Shown piece by piece: positions 1 to 13,100 of a DNA stretch of 64,000 bases (position 1 is its first letter; every line of letters begins with the position of its first letter). Source of the stretch: Psammoneis japonica (taxonomy: Eukaryota); NCBI GenBank assembly GCA_008632985.1, contig QPGO01000303.1:1-64000 (forward strand), written 5' to 3'. The notes beneath the pieces are model-generated. The model saw only the letters and a program-made list of their open reading frames with translations, ran no database searches and was not told the origin of the DNA. The position numbers and the translations under genes are program-made.

Positions 1-275
1 TTTTCTGCGCCACTTTTTTCGCGCCAAAATGCGCGCTTCCGTGAAAATAGGTTATGAGTTATGTTAGTTGAATTTGATTGGATTTGATTGGATCAGGATG
101 ACGTCGGCCGCTTGGTGGTGTTCGGTGAGATCTACCAATATTCTTCGGATCTGAATATTGGATCAAATTATCAAAATTCTCCCTCCGACACGCACGAAGA
201 CGCACATGACACGACCATCTGCTTTTCCTTTCTTGGCGGCGTTATCACTGTTTTGAGTTTTCGAAAAAACGAACA

Positions 276-2021
276 ATGACAATGAGCCGCTGTCGACCGT
301 CGCTCGCACCATGGTGCTGGGCGTTGCTCCTCCTCAACAATAGTATCGTGCCAACCAGTCTGTTTGCATTGCGTGTGAGCAGAGTCAGTATTGGAGTTTC
401 ACTTGCTGTTGCGCTTGAACATAATTCTGGAAGAATAACTTCGCATAGTCATCGTGTAGTACGCAGTGGGAAACGACGCAGACGAAGCAGAAGCGCGTCG
501 TCTTCCGAGTCAACAGGTTCAGAAAGTCTGTGGGACGATGACCTTATAAATCCTCTTGTATTTTCCGAAGATGATCTCGAAGATCGAATTATTGCGGCGC
601 TTGCAAAGGCTGAAAGCGACACCCCCAAGCACGAATCAAGCAGAACTTCCAAGAAGAAAGCATCCAAGAGAGTGTCAGAATCACCGTATGGTGATGAACG
701 CTCTGAAGAAGAAGGAGAAGAAGAAGAAATCATACGTTCTAAGAAAAAGAAGACTGTAGAACGAGCCTCAATGCCAGAATCTGCAGCAAAGAGTACAAAA
801 ATAACGCCCCAAGAAAGACACTCCGTCTCCTCCCCTCCTGAGTCACAAAACGAGGGAACAGTGAGGTCTTCATCGCATCGTGATGGCAACTATGGAGCCC
901 ATCGAGTGGGTCTGCGGGATGAAGTTGCTCGAGTAGCTCAACAGAGACGAACCGAATCGGTCTCTTCTGCACGGACCATGCCTACAGGTAATGCGCCCCG
1001 AGCTCCCTTCCACAACCACAGCCAACGTGTTGCTTCTCCGTCTGTAAATATACCACGGTATCCTTCTACTTCACAAGCATATCGTGTTCCCCAGGCCGCT
1101 CATGTCCAACAGTCTGCTACATATTCACAACAAGCTCACCGCTCTCAACAACCGACGAAAAAGCACGTGGATCACAATGCGGCATCGGAAACAACTCCAT
1201 GGGTCCGACGATTCCTGTCCTCGCGACCCAAGGATGCGCTGCTCCCGATACCTCGATCCTATCTTTCCGACGGTTTCAACTTGGTTCAGCTTGCACCCAT
1301 TGTGGAACGGTCCGCCATGACTGGCTATAGCTCGGACGCGGCAAACCCAGAATTCAATCGACAGTCGGCCTTTCCCTACTACAAGGCTGCACTTCGACAC
1401 ATTTTACAAGAAGACGAGAATGCTCCGACGCCGGCGCCTGCCGTACAACGTGCGGCCGAAGTGTTGTATTTGCTGGTACATGCTCGTTATGTCATTTCAC
1501 CAAGGGGTTTGGATACGGTACGACGAGTCATGACCAAGGGTCGAGATGATTCTGCACAAGAGAGCAGCATTGCGCCCGTCTTTGGCAGGTGTCCTCGATT
1601 TGGTTGCCAAGGAACGCCGCTTTTGCCATATGGGGAGTCGGATGATGTGGATTTGAGTGTCAACGCCAGCAGTCGGGCAAAGCGATACTGCTGTTGCTGT
1701 GGAGAGGTGAGTTTTAGTTGTTATTCGCGCAAGCAATGCCTGAAGTGCGTTAGCTTATGATGAATCATCCATTTTTGTTAGAAACTATTCATGTGGGATT
1801 CCAAGGTGGACGGGTGTGCTTGGGGGCCTTCCTTTTGCCATTTATTTCTCATGACTTATGGAGAGGATGTCTTTCCTGGTCTTATTCGGATATCTGATGC
1901 GAAAACCGCCACTACAGAGGAAAATTCAGCCAGAATTGTGTCGCCGACCATATTTGGTTTCAGTCTTCATCCGTCATGTAAGGCACGGTATCCAAGACTA
2001 GCGGTTGACGCGAACTCTTGA
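276..2021 (+). CDS. Casein kinase II regulatory (beta) subunit-like protein with long low-complexity N-terminal extension; 2 exons (intron 1707-1781)
   Basis: The C-terminal half has CK2-beta motifs: PWVRRFL..., YLSDGFNL, YLLVHARY, FGRCPRFGC...LLPYG, YCCCC, VDGCAWGPSF. A GTGAG...TTAG intron joins ORF 276-1760 in frame to ORF 1791-2021. Confidence 0.75.
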
Positions 2022-5000
2022 TCTTGACTGGACTTCATTATTTTCTGCAAGACGGGGATATCTGCCATGAGCTGCTCAGCCTTCTTCTGCGCCCCCCACT
2101 GTTTGAATGTTACATACGCTTCTCGAAAGTAGCAAGACGCCCTTTCATCATCCTGCAAGCGTTGCATAAAGTGACCGGCTCGCTCATTTGCAATCCCGTA
2201 GACAAACGTTGGCGCTTGTTCTGCCGACAATGCTATAGCCTGGGTGTACTTGACATGCGCACGATCATTCTTACCAACTAGAGCTGCGTACTCAGCCTCA
2301 ACCAGACACTGATAGGATAGATAGTTTTCGGGGCAAAGCATCCCCCATTTTCTGAACCGTGGTATTTGCCGTCGCACCCGATTCTTCAACTTCCGTCGAC
2401 GCGTACCTTGTCGAGCAAGTGCAAGACAATTCATGCAGACAAAGAAGATAGTAAGGGGGACCAGCTGGGAAGACATGGACACTTTGTCCACGTTACGGCA
2501 ACGTTCTGCCATTTTCTCGGCATAAATGTAGTCACCAAAGAGATAACCGAGGAAAAGCTTCTGATAGTGAATAGCGGAGATGTTGTGAAGGTCGCCCTCA
2601 TCGGCTGCACGCGATATATATACCCTCTCATCAAAGGTTTCACCAGTCATGACGAGACTATCCTCGCATTTACCCATCAAATTTCTTATGAATTGCAGAT
2701 GGGGCCTTGCCATCATCAGCGCTGTGCCTTGCTTGTATGATTCCATGACTTTTATGTTTGCTTCCACATCCTTTTCAAGTGCATCAAGTGGTTTACCACA
2801 ATGAAAGAAGTTATAGGCGTACATGTTCAGAGCGAACATGGCAAACTCAATGTCTCCAGTTTCCAGGCCAATCTCATAAGCCCGATTTAATGGTTCAAGT
2901 GAAAAATGGAACGGTCGTTTCCAATGCATTACGGTGCCGTAAAGAGCAGAGTACACTCTTGGTATATATGCCTTTGTTTGGAATTTGTTTAGAATCGCCA
3001 GTGCCAACCTTGCATATCTATATCCTCCCTCCACGTCGTCAAAGATGCCGCTCTGAATCGTTGCTAGCCCTGCAAACCCTAGAGCTGACACGGCGCATAA
3101 TCCATGGTTAAGGCTTAGTTGTACCATTTTGCATATCAAAAAAGCAAGGAAGTCTGGACGCAACATGTAAACATGCAAGAACAACAAGTTCAAAATATGC
3201 ATCGAGGCAAGTTTGTCGGGATCCGTCATGAGTGGTAAACGCAAAAAAGACTCATTAGACTTTCCTCGGAGGAAGAAAGTTGTCCGCGTAATGTCTCTAA
3301 GGATATGCCACTTTTTTGGAATACTCCCCGGAACGGACTCGCCAAGCTGACGCAGAACGTTAAATCCCACATCGATTGCTTGCTGTCGCTCCCCGCTAAC
3401 TCCCAGGTAGTAAACTAGCGTAGAGTACGCTCGAACCTTGTCTTTGAAGCTCTTGGCATTGCTAAATACGCTCTCAAGTAAAGCATTCATTCTTTCGAAG
3501 TTCGCCAAGACGAACTCCACTTCAGCCGTAGCGTTGTGTAGAGAAATAGTCAGGTCGTATTCGTCGCGCCAACAATCATCACCAAGGAGACTAATTCCAT
3601 ACTCGAGATACTCGGCAGCAACGCGAAAACCTGATGATTTCAATGACTTCCTCCCAGCAAGAAGAGAGAGCGAAGCAATTCCATACAGTTCAGTCTGATC
3701 TTCGACATGGCTGGATCCCCTCTGCAGTTGGCTCAGGACAACAAAGATATTCTTCTCCATTTCTTCTGAGTCCAATCGTGTCCACAGGTTTCGGCCAACC
3801 ATCAAATGATAATGCTCTCTTTCCTCTAAAGCTAGAAGAGCATACGAGGCTTGTTGGATTCTGTCATGCGAAAAAGCATAGATCTTACTCTTCTCGTCGT
3901 AATTGACAATCCCAGCATCAACAGCCCGCTGAAGGGAATCGTCCATAGTTTGCGCTAGGTCTTTCGACAAGGCACACCTCAGCATCACTGCATCAAACTT
4001 TGCGCCAATGCACGACGCCGTTTTCATTGTATCTTGGACTTCGACCGGAAGTCTCCGTAGCTTTGCAATCATCATTTCGTCAATTGAGTCGACATGGTTT
4101 GCGTAACTTTCCTGCTCGCATGAAGTACGAGCTGGGACCTTCTCCTGCTCACACCTGTAGGTACCAGTTGATTCATCAAAGTGAAGGAGACCTTCTCTAG
4201 ATAAGAAACGAAGATACTCCAAGACGTGAAACATATTTCCATGCGTCCTTTGATATACGGCTTGGGAAAGAGCTGCAGTTTCTTCGAGTGATGATTGCAG
4301 ATAGTCAGCAACTGCCTCATTGACTGACTCCATCGATAAATCGCCGACACCAATGTTTGTAATAGCAATACCATTTTCTTCCATCTCTCGGAGTTTGATA
4401 CAAAGTGGGCTGTCCATTGCTACATTGTCGCGGCAGCTCCCCACCACAACCACACCGGTATTCAACAAAGAGCACAACAAATCCATAGATGAAAAGTCGG
4501 CCCACTGCAGATCATCCAAGAACAGCACTACAACACAGTTCAAAGAACAACATGCCTTTGCAAACTTCTGGAATGTTCGCACAAAATGTTTCACATTGTA
4601 CTCGGAACAGTGACTGCCATTGTCGTAGGGGGGTTGTGTCTCATCATATCCAAGAATCTCTGACAGAGCTGGAACCATGTTTGTCAATAAACGTCTCTCT
4701 TCACGATCCAGCACATTCTGAGCGGCACCCTTCACCTTCTCCATGTATGAAGCATCTGTTCTAGCCAGTTGAACAAATTCTGTAAACGCCGCCACAAGTG
4801 GGCCGTAAGGCTCTGGCCGAACCAGCTGATCGAATTTTCCCGAAATGAAGAATCCCACATCCTTTGCCACTGGCTCACGAAGGACTTGAGCAAGAACAGT
4901 TTTTCCTGTACCTGACGGACCCGATATAAGAATGAACTCTAACACATTGTCTCCCTCCGTGGAATGAGCGAGGCGGCGATAGGCTGCAAGAAGCGTTGAT

Positions 5001-5167
5001 TCATGCGTTGATCTGCCATAGAGTTTTCTTGTGGCGCAGTCCCGTTGCAACAGGGGCTCTTTACACGGATCGGCAGTGTTTGAAGTCTCTATCGGCCGTA
5101 CCATCGATCCACCCTGAAACATAGCACTTGTTTCTACGTCAGCTTGGGTGGTTGATGCCGCTGCCAT
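1967..5167 (-). CDS. STAND/AAA-type P-loop ATPase with helical-repeat C-terminus (COG3899-like family expanded in diatoms)
   Basis: 1066-aa ORF with LYGR, Walker A GPSGTGKT, Walker B FLDDLQWAD, GKFDQ, THGN and FSHDRIQQASY motifs. Confidence 0.8.
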   Translation of the reverse strand: MAAASTTQADVETSAMFQGGSMVRPIETSNTADPCKEPLLQRDCATRKLYGRSTHESTLLAAYRRLAHSTEGDNVLEFILISGPSGTGKTVLAQVLREPVAKDVGFFISGKFDQLVRPEPYGPLVAAFTEFVQLARTDASYMEKVKGAAQNVLDREERRLLTNMVPALSEILGYDETQPPYDNGSHCSEYNVKHFVRTFQKFAKACCSLNCVVVLFLDDLQWADFSSMDLLCSLLNTGVVVVGSCRDNVAMDSPLCIKLREMEENGIAITNIGVGDLSMESVNEAVADYLQSSLEETAALSQAVYQRTHGNMFHVLEYLRFLSREGLLHFDESTGTYRCEQEKVPARTSCEQESYANHVDSIDEMMIAKLRRLPVEVQDTMKTASCIGAKFDAVMLRCALSKDLAQTMDDSLQRAVDAGIVNYDEKSKIYAFSHDRIQQASYALLALEEREHYHLMVGRNLWTRLDSEEMEKNIFVVLSQLQRGSSHVEDQTELYGIASLSLLAGRKSLKSSGFRVAAEYLEYGISLLGDDCWRDEYDLTISLHNATAEVEFVLANFERMNALLESVFSNAKSFKDKVRAYSTLVYYLGVSGERQQAIDVGFNVLRQLGESVPGSIPKKWHILRDITRTTFFLRGKSNESFLRLPLMTDPDKLASMHILNLLFLHVYMLRPDFLAFLICKMVQLSLNHGLCAVSALGFAGLATIQSGIFDDVEGGYRYARLALAILNKFQTKAYIPRVYSALYGTVMHWKRPFHFSLEPLNRAYEIGLETGDIEFAMFALNMYAYNFFHCGKPLDALEKDVEANIKVMESYKQGTALMMARPHLQFIRNLMGKCEDSLVMTGETFDERVYISRAADEGDLHNISAIHYQKLFLGYLFGDYIYAEKMAERCRNVDKVSMSSQLVPLTIFFVCMNCLALARQGTRRRKLKNRVRRQIPRFRKWGMLCPENYLSYQCLVEAEYAALVGKNDRAHVKYTQAIALSAEQAPTFVYGIANERAGHFMQRLQDDERASCYFREAYVTFKQWGAQKKAEQLMADIPVLQKIMKSSQDQEFASTASLGYRALHDG

Positions 5168-5587
5168 GGTTGCTCGCTCTCATCTCTGACCTCACACCTC
5201 ACCTCTCACCTCTTCTTTGTTGTTCGCGGTTTCAAATTCACGCGCGCAGTAGACTAGACTAAGGTCGATCGCCGATATTGAACGTGCGCTCACGACTCAA
5301 GACACGACTCACGCACGAGCTACTAGTAGTAGTAGAGCTTGCTTCTTGGCAGTGATGAGGATGAGTGATGAACAGCCGCTCTACTCTCTACTCTCTCTAG
5401 CTTAGAGAGAGCGACTACTTACAGCACTACTACTATATTCTTCGAGTAGAACTTGGAAAACCTGCAGACTCCTGTAGGTAAAAAGTTGTAGATTATACAT
5501 GGAGCACTGAAATAGATGCAACAGGTAGCCAGACACACAGAATCCACCGACATGCCGGCACAGCAGTTGTCGGGGATTGAGGATTTA

Positions 5588-6353
5588 TTAGAGCACTTCT
5601 TCTTCGTCCTCAGCTCCTTTGTCTCTGTCCAAAGCGGCTTCGGGGGCTTGCTCTCCCTTTTCTTCATCCACCGGGGACTCTCCTTCTTCTTCTTCTTGTT
5701 CGGCACGCGTAATTGCAGCTTGTTTCCCCTGGGCACAAGTCATGCAGGTGGAAATAAACCAAAGGACAATAGCAGAGATTGAGCACGCACCATGCGTGTC
5801 GTAGGAGCATCCAAGATCTGTTCCATCGCAAAAGTAGGTACTCTTGAGCATCCAGAACTTTAATCCTTCAAAGAGGCATACCAAAAGAGCAAAGGATCCA
5901 GCGACGAAGTACGCCTTGGCACCACACGGGACGCATGCAGCAACAAGAAAATAGAGCCAGACGCAAAAGCCAAGGATGTTGGCGGTAAGTCCAAAGGCTC
6001 GGGCATCCTTAAAGTTGTCATCGACCAAAAAGTTGTTAAAGGAGAAACGGTCGTTGCTGTTCTCCAACGTGTAGCACCAGAATCCAATAGTGTCAAACTG
6101 AATGGGAGGTTCGCGACGACTGTTGCCTTCATCCAGTTTGAGGAAGCTGCATCCCGAGCTGGAAGCAAGGGATAAACAGAATGCCACAGTCACAAAAAGA
6201 GTCGGGCCACAGCAACTGAGTTTTGAACGACTGAGAGGAAAATTGCTCGATGAGAACCCTGCAATGCAACATTTTCTTCGTAGAAGAGAGCAAATGCACC
6301 TTCCCCGCAGTTTCGTACAATGCGCTCAATATATAAACTTACAGTCCTTCCAT
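5588..6353 (-). CDS. Four-TM membrane protein (claudin-like topology), paralog 1; exons 6353-6343 and 6230-5588
   Basis: An 11-nt first exon ATGGAAGGACT|GTAAGT splices to CAG|TCGTTC, giving MEGLRSKLSCCGPTLFV...; four hydrophobic segments and an acidic tail. The structure is conserved in the neighbouring paralog. Confidence 0.75.
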
Positions 6354-6879
6354 GTTGGTGGTCTAGAGAAGCGTTTGTCAAATTCAAAAGGTAAATCTCT
6401 TACAGGCTTAACAGTGTTGTTCGTATTGTAGCAGTTTCGCAAAAAGATGTGAGTAAAGCGAACCGTGAATAATCCCACCACCGCCCAATGTGACGTCACA
6501 CCCTGCGTTGACTTGATAAATACTGTGTAGACTACTTTCAACTTTGCGTACTCAACACCATTACCAGTAGGGAACAGAACCTCAAGGAAAATGATGGTAG
6601 AGTAGGAGCCCATTCCGAGGAACCCCGGCATTGTGAGTTGTAATGAGTCCGGCGGGTCCTCGAGAGCTATTGCTATTTTCGGGCGCATTTTTTGGCAGTG
6701 TACTGTCCTGGTACACTATGTGCAAAATCTCGAACAAGGCATGCAACGCAAAGAAGTCTCTAGCCCTAGTAGGACAGTATTAGATCACTAGAGCAGTAAT
6801 ACAGGATGCACTATGTAGTTTTAGGGATTGAATCCGTTAAGGGAGTATACAGTATAACATGCACACACGGAAAACACAA

Positions 6880-7655
6880 TTAGGCTTCTACTTCTTCTTC
6901 GTCCGCAGCTCCTTTACCTTCGTCCAAAGCAGCTTCAGGGGCATCCTCTCCCTTTTCTTCATCTACTGGGGCCTCTCTTTCTTCATCTTCAGCGGGAGCC
7001 ATTGCAGCTTGCTTCGCCTGGGCACACGTCATGCAGGTGGAAATAAACCAAAGGACAATAGCAGAGATAGAGCATGCGCCGTACGTATCATAGGAGCACC
7101 CGAGATCAGATCCATCACAAAAGAAGGTACTCTTGAGCATCCAGAACTTGAGTCCTTCAAAGAGGCACACCAACAGAGCAAAGAACCCCGCAATGGAGTA
7201 TAACTTGGGACCATAATTGACGCATGCAGCGAAAAGCATAAAGAGCCACACGCAAAAGCCCAAGATGTTGGCGGTAAGTCCAAAGGCGCGTGCTTTCTTA
7301 AAGTCGTCATCGATCGAAAAGTCACTGAACGCAAATCGATCGCTGCTGTTCTCCACCTGGTAGCACCAGAACCCAATCGTGTCAAACCGAAGGGGAGGAT
7401 TGCGACGATCGTTGCCTTCATCGAGCTTGAGGAAGCTGCAGCCCGAGCTGGAAGCAAGGGACAAACAAAATGCAGCAGTTACGAAAAGGCCAGGGCCACA
7501 GCAACAGAGTTTTGAACGACTGTGTGGCGAAAAGATGGAAACAAATCGATGAGAACCCCAGTGTCAACGTTTTGGATATCACGAACAACGCGCCACCGGC
7601 AAGGGTTTCAACGAAGCAACAAGTGCACTCCTTTGTAAACTTACAGTCCTTCCAT
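6880..7655 (-). CDS. Four-TM membrane protein, paralog 2; exons 7655-7645 and 7519-6880
   Basis: Tandem duplicate of 5588-6353 with the identical micro-exon and highly similar protein (SLASSSGCSFLKLDEG, FDTIGFWCY, ARAFGLTANILGF). Confidence 0.75.
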
Positions 7656-8136
7656 AATGGTCGGTGGGCGGTCGATAGAGATAAGAGGAGGAAACCAAAA
7701 GGTATCTTCAATGCAGCTCAAGTCAGAGTTGTTGCGCTTTTGCGATTGCCGTTGTGATTGTGGATCGTAGATTAGATCGAATCCAAGAATGGAGAAGCTG
7801 AAAGCGGTGCAATCAACGCACGAGTGACATCTCCAGTCATCCGAACCCTGACAGCTGTAAATGACTTCTCTTGTGACCTTATTGTCATTTCTGCCAATAA
7901 ATAAGACATAAGTTATGTCAAAAACTTTTGTCTTGACATTCTTTACCCTTCCGGAAGACGATCCTTCATTCGTTTTCGTCTGTCATCACCAATTCGTTTT
8001 CTGAGTTTGTCGCTTGTGCTCTCTCACTCTCTTTCAACGGGCGGGCGGATTTCCGTACTGTTTCTGCGTAGATGCTACGTAGCCGATCAATCAATGCGAA
8101 CCCGACACGGCATTTTATTTACCGCAGAGCAACACC

Positions 8137-9620
8137 ATGACGATGTTCACCGTGTCAAGGCGGCGGCATTGGCACGTCGCATTTGCCATACTATTGGCAT
8201 CATGCTTAGTATGTTCCATATATGGCATGCAAGATGCGGAAACTTGTGAGGATCCTTCCAATGGTGATTCTGGTTCGAATAATCATCAGCACTATCTTGC
8301 GGATTGTCGTGATGAGCATGACGAGTGTTCGGATTGGGCCTTGCAAGGACATTGTGAATCCGACAAGCATGGTGACTTTATGAAGTCTTACTGTCGCAAG
8401 AGTTGTCCAGATGTGTGCAATGATGGGTAAGGTGGTGCTGTATGTGTGTATTGATCTGCTTTCTGCTTCATACGAGTGCTGAATTGCTGAACTCATGCTT
8501 CTTCTCATGTGTTGTTACTTTATCAGATCGCTAGATTTGGGAGAGAGTCAGACTGCCACTGATGAAAAGACACGCGTTCTTATTGCCTCGTCTCTGAAAT
8601 ACTTGCAGACGGAAGTTAATGTCGACAAAAAGTACAAGCCCGGTGTACGAGCAAAGTGCAAGAATCTACACGAGACCTGTTCGTTCTGGGCGACGCTGGG
8701 GGAGTGCGAACAGAATCCAACGTATATGCGAGACAATTGTGCCTTGGCGTGCCAGTCTTGTGATTGGTTTGATGTCTCGTTGCGCTGCCCGTGGGATCCA
8801 AACAACATTACCGCAGCGTTGGAGCCTGGCGACTTGAATAAGATGTTTGAACGCATCACGACGGATCCAGAATTCAAACAGTACAATCCCACCATCTTGC
8901 TTCAACCACCGGACGGTCCTTGGGTAATAACCTTGGACGACTTTGTGTCAGAGCAAGAGTGTGACGCACTGATTGAAGCGGGAGGCAAATTGGGATACCA
9001 ACGATCCATGGGTGGAGCTCCGGAAACGGGTGAAAACGGAGAATACATCAGCCAAGTGTCAGAGTACCGCACATCCTATCAGGCATGGTGTCTGGACGAG
9101 TGCTACACAAGTGAGGCAGCCAAGAATGTTTCAGCACGCATTGAACGCGTGACTGGGATTGGCGAAACATATTCCGAGTATTTGCAACTCTTAAAATACG
9201 ATAAGGACCAGTACTACAAGGTACGTCGTGCAGGATGTCAGGATACGATCTCAAACAGTTTCGTTTGCCGGTACTTTCGCTAACCGACATTGTTCTCAGG
9301 TTCATCATGATTTCATCCCAACGCATGTGGAGCGACCCATGGGACCACGGCTACTGACTGTGTACATTTATTTAAATGAGCCGGAAGAAGGAGGAGGAAC
9401 AAGGTTTCCTTATCTTGGTGACGGCGGTGTGACGGTGCAACCCAAACGTGGTCGTGCCTTGATTTGGCCGTCTGTCTTGAATGACAACCCCATGAGTGAG
9501 GACAGTCGCACCCAGCACGAGGCCTTGCCTGTCATTGCCGGCCATAAATATGGAGCCAATGCGTGGATTCACATGGGTGATTTCAAAGCCGCCTTTGCTC
9601 GTGAATGCCATTACCAGTGA
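8137..9620 (+). CDS. Secreted ShKT-domain prolyl 4-hydroxylase, copy 1 (introns 8427-8526, 9221-9299)
   Basis: Signal peptide, two six-Cys ShKT domains, and 2OG-Fe(II) motifs HHD, RLLTVYIYLN, GGGTRFP, HEALPV and KYGANAW. GT-AG introns restore the frame. Confidence 0.88.
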
Positions 9621-9882
9621 GCATGCGGTAGTGCGCAGGCGAACTCTTTCTAGAGTGGCGACTCTTTGCTAGTAGAGGGTAGGAGATGTGCAAAGATGAA
9701 CAAATGCAATGCATTTCCTTTTTATATGTTCTCTAGCTAGTAGCATCTCATTCTACTCTTTCTCTCGCGACTGGAGCGTTTCTTAAAACACAAAGTGGGC
9801 ACTAACTGCGCAAATTGTGTGCATTCATGCACATATGAGCTGTGCAAGCCGATCGAAAGCTCTTGATCTCAGCCTTTCACTG

Positions 9883-10119
9883 GTGAATGTAACAGGGTCT
9901 CATGCAACATGCAACTCACCATTTCGGGTCCATGTGCCCAATCTTCCAAGTGGAGTCTGGTGGGAATGAAGATTGCCGCAAGCAAATTTGAAGTCACATC
10001 AGGGACGTGAATGTAACAGGGTCTCATGCAACATGCAACTCACCATTTCGGGTCCATGTGCCCAATCTCCCAAGTGGAGTCTGGTGGGAATGAAGATTGC
10101 AGCAAGCAAATTTGAAGTC
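9883..10119 (+). repeat. Tandem direct duplication, period 124 bp, spanning the host/decayed-DNA junction
   Basis: GTGAATGTAACAGGGTCTCATGCAACATGC...AAATTTGAAGTC begins at both 9883 and 10007. Confidence 0.85.
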
Positions 10120-13100
10120 CCGGCTGCTGCAAGAAGGACTCAACTCATGCTGTTGCTGGGTGCAAGGCCTGGATCCCCATCCTGTGCTGGAAATCCCAAG
10201 AATGCAATGGGTGATGGTGCAGTTCTCACCAGCTCCCGTGGCTTTGCCATGTGTGAACCTGACACTTGGGCGCAGCACCCAAGGAAGCTCCAGGAAAGGT
10301 GTTTGGAATTCATTGAGACAGAAACGACAGATGGCAAAGATGGAGAAGCGTTTGTTGCAGAAGAGTTCTGCAACCAACTGTTGAAGGATGACACAGTGTT
10401 TGCCAACATGCCCCCTCAAGATTGTTGAGAAGTGTTTGAATGCAATGGAGCAAAAGCTGTCAAGGCGTGCACGGATTTTCTTGAGGAGAAAGATGCAGAC
10501 AAGGCACAATGGCCTGATTTCCAGGCAGCTCAATGCAACAAAATCTTTGCACCATGGGACAAAAAGAAATCAAGGCAAAGAAGTTCAGGGCCGTTGCTTT
10601 GATGTGGTGTTTCCACATCTTAAACATGATTTGTTCAGTCGGTTGCCAGGCAAATGCATCAAGTGGGGCACGACATTTGACTTGGCAAAAAAAGACTGTG
10701 GATGACCCCAATTCAGAGGAAGACATCACGGCCTCAGCTGTTTGTTTTTTGGAGTGCATGGGCATGCAATTAAGTGGGCTTTTGCAAATTGGAGAATGAT
10801 GATGTGCGCCAGAAGCTTGGCCCCTTTCTCTGAAAACATTGTGGGTGGCTTGGGCAAACACATGTGGATGGAGTGGAATTTGCACACTCTGACACCTGCT
10901 GTGGTGGTTGCAAGGACAGCAAAGTCCAACATGAATGGGCAAAAAAATGCACACGAGTTGACACATGGTCCGGATCATGAGCTTCACAGGGCCTTCACTG
11001 CTGTGTTTGCATCCAAGAGTCTTGAGTTTGACACAGCCAGCAGCAACCACACACCCTTGAGCTCTTCAAAAAAGAACCCAAGGAGGTTTTGCACTCAAGA
11101 GAAATGGGAGTGCCAGTCATGCAGAAAAAGCAGAGGTGCAAGGACAAGACATTGAACTGCACACCAGACGAAGACACAACAGTGAGGGAAATTGAAGAGT
11201 GCTGCAATGACGTTGAGAAGGCAGAGGAAAAACTCAGAGATGAAAAAACATTCAAAGGAAACAGACACTTGAAATGCACTCTAAAGCCGGTGAAAGGGAA
11301 GCAAGGGGGGACAAAGGCAGAGGCTGATGACATGCTTCAGCACACTCAAAAAGGTTGCCATGAAGATCCACTTCCACACCAGACCAAATGAGCTTCAGGT
11401 GGGATCCCGACAATGAGCATTCAGACTTGGCAAGAATTTGTTCTGCACCACAGGGGGAGAGGTGTTCAACAAACAGGTGAGCCATCTTGTTTCGGACATC
11501 AGTCAATTGTTTTCTGGCGTTGCCAACAAAAAGCTGTGGCTTCGAGTGACAAGGTTCAACCTTGACAAGGACAAGCATTTGCTGGGCAACCAAACATTGC
11601 CTTTGGTTTCTTTTTGTCTGGTGGTGCAAAGATTTCATTGCACTGAGCTGCTTGGAAATCATGCCATTGTGCCTTGTCTGCATCTTTCTCTTCAATGAAA
11701 TCCACGTGCACCTTGACAGCTTTTGTTCTGTTGCATTCAAACACTTCTCGAAAGTCATGGGCCAGGTCAGCAAACACTGTCATCCTTCAACAGTTGGCTG
11801 CAGACTTCTTTTGTGACAAACACTTCCCCATCTTTGCCATCTGCCATTTTTGTCTCAATGAATTCCAAGCACCTTGGCCAGAGCTTCCTTGGATGCTGTT
11901 CCCAAGAGTCAGGCTCACGTGTGGCAAAGCCATGGGAGCCAGCAAGATCTGTGCCATCACCTGCTGCCTTTTTGGGATTTCCAGCACATTGACATTGCGG
12001 CAGGTTCCAGTGGCAGACAAGATGGAGATCCGGGTCTTGTGTCTGGCAACAGCATGAGTTGAATTCTTCTCATTGCCGGTTCTGTCATCATGCCAGACAC
12101 TCTTGTTGCTGCCACACCATGGACAGGGTGTCTTGATGCCCACAAGTTTGTGGCCATTTTTGTCAACATGCTCACAATGGATGTGTTTCATCCTCAACAA
12201 GAATGTCTCTGTCAAAAATGTCAGGAAATGCACAAAGCAAATGAGTCCCTGATGGGACTTCAAATTTTCTTGTGGCCTTCTTCATTCTTCCCACCAGACT
12301 CCACTTGGAAGATTGGGCATGTGGAGCCAAAATGGCCAGTTGTGCAAGACCCATCTGCTTGTGCTTCTCAGCTTGCACCTCTGGTTTTGCAACATGATGA
12401 GTGAAACCCTGGAGAAAGAACATGTGGATGTGCTTTTCCAGAGTTGTCCCATCACGCAGCTGCTTGCTTTTGGCGAATTAAATGAGCAATGCAATCATCA
12501 TCCAAAGAAGGAAACCAGTCAGACCTGTGCATTCAACAAATGCATCGGTCAGTTTCTGAAGGAGAATCTGTCTCATCAGGAGGTTTGGCCATGGTGAAAT
12601 GATGGGTGCATCAATGGTGCTGCCGCAATGCTCAACGCCCATTGTGTGCATGTTCACATTGTTGCTGCACCATCTTTGCAAAAACTGGCGTGCCTTTCAG
12701 CTTGTCAAAGATGCCGTGTCACTGTGTTGGAGATCATTGTGATTTTGTTGAATCTGTGCAGGACAATGCTGGGTTTTCTGCACTGGAAATTTTTCTGTTG
12801 ACGAGACTTTTCTGCTGAGGCTGCAACAAATTGCGCATGTTAAATGCAACAAAAAAGCACGCACATCAGACAGGTGCAAAATTTGTGCAGGCTCAATCCT
12901 TTTCTGCATCTGATCCAGCACAGGTCCTGGCATGTTTTTTGTGCTTCTGAATTGAATTTTTCTGTGCTCAACGACCCTTCAACCACTGGACTTGAGCAAA
13001 TCTCCATGGGTGGTTTGCTTGCTTGCTGCATCACAAAAAAAACGTTAAACACAACATTGTTTTGGAGCGCGCACCCACTGAAAGCTCGGGGGGGGGGGGC

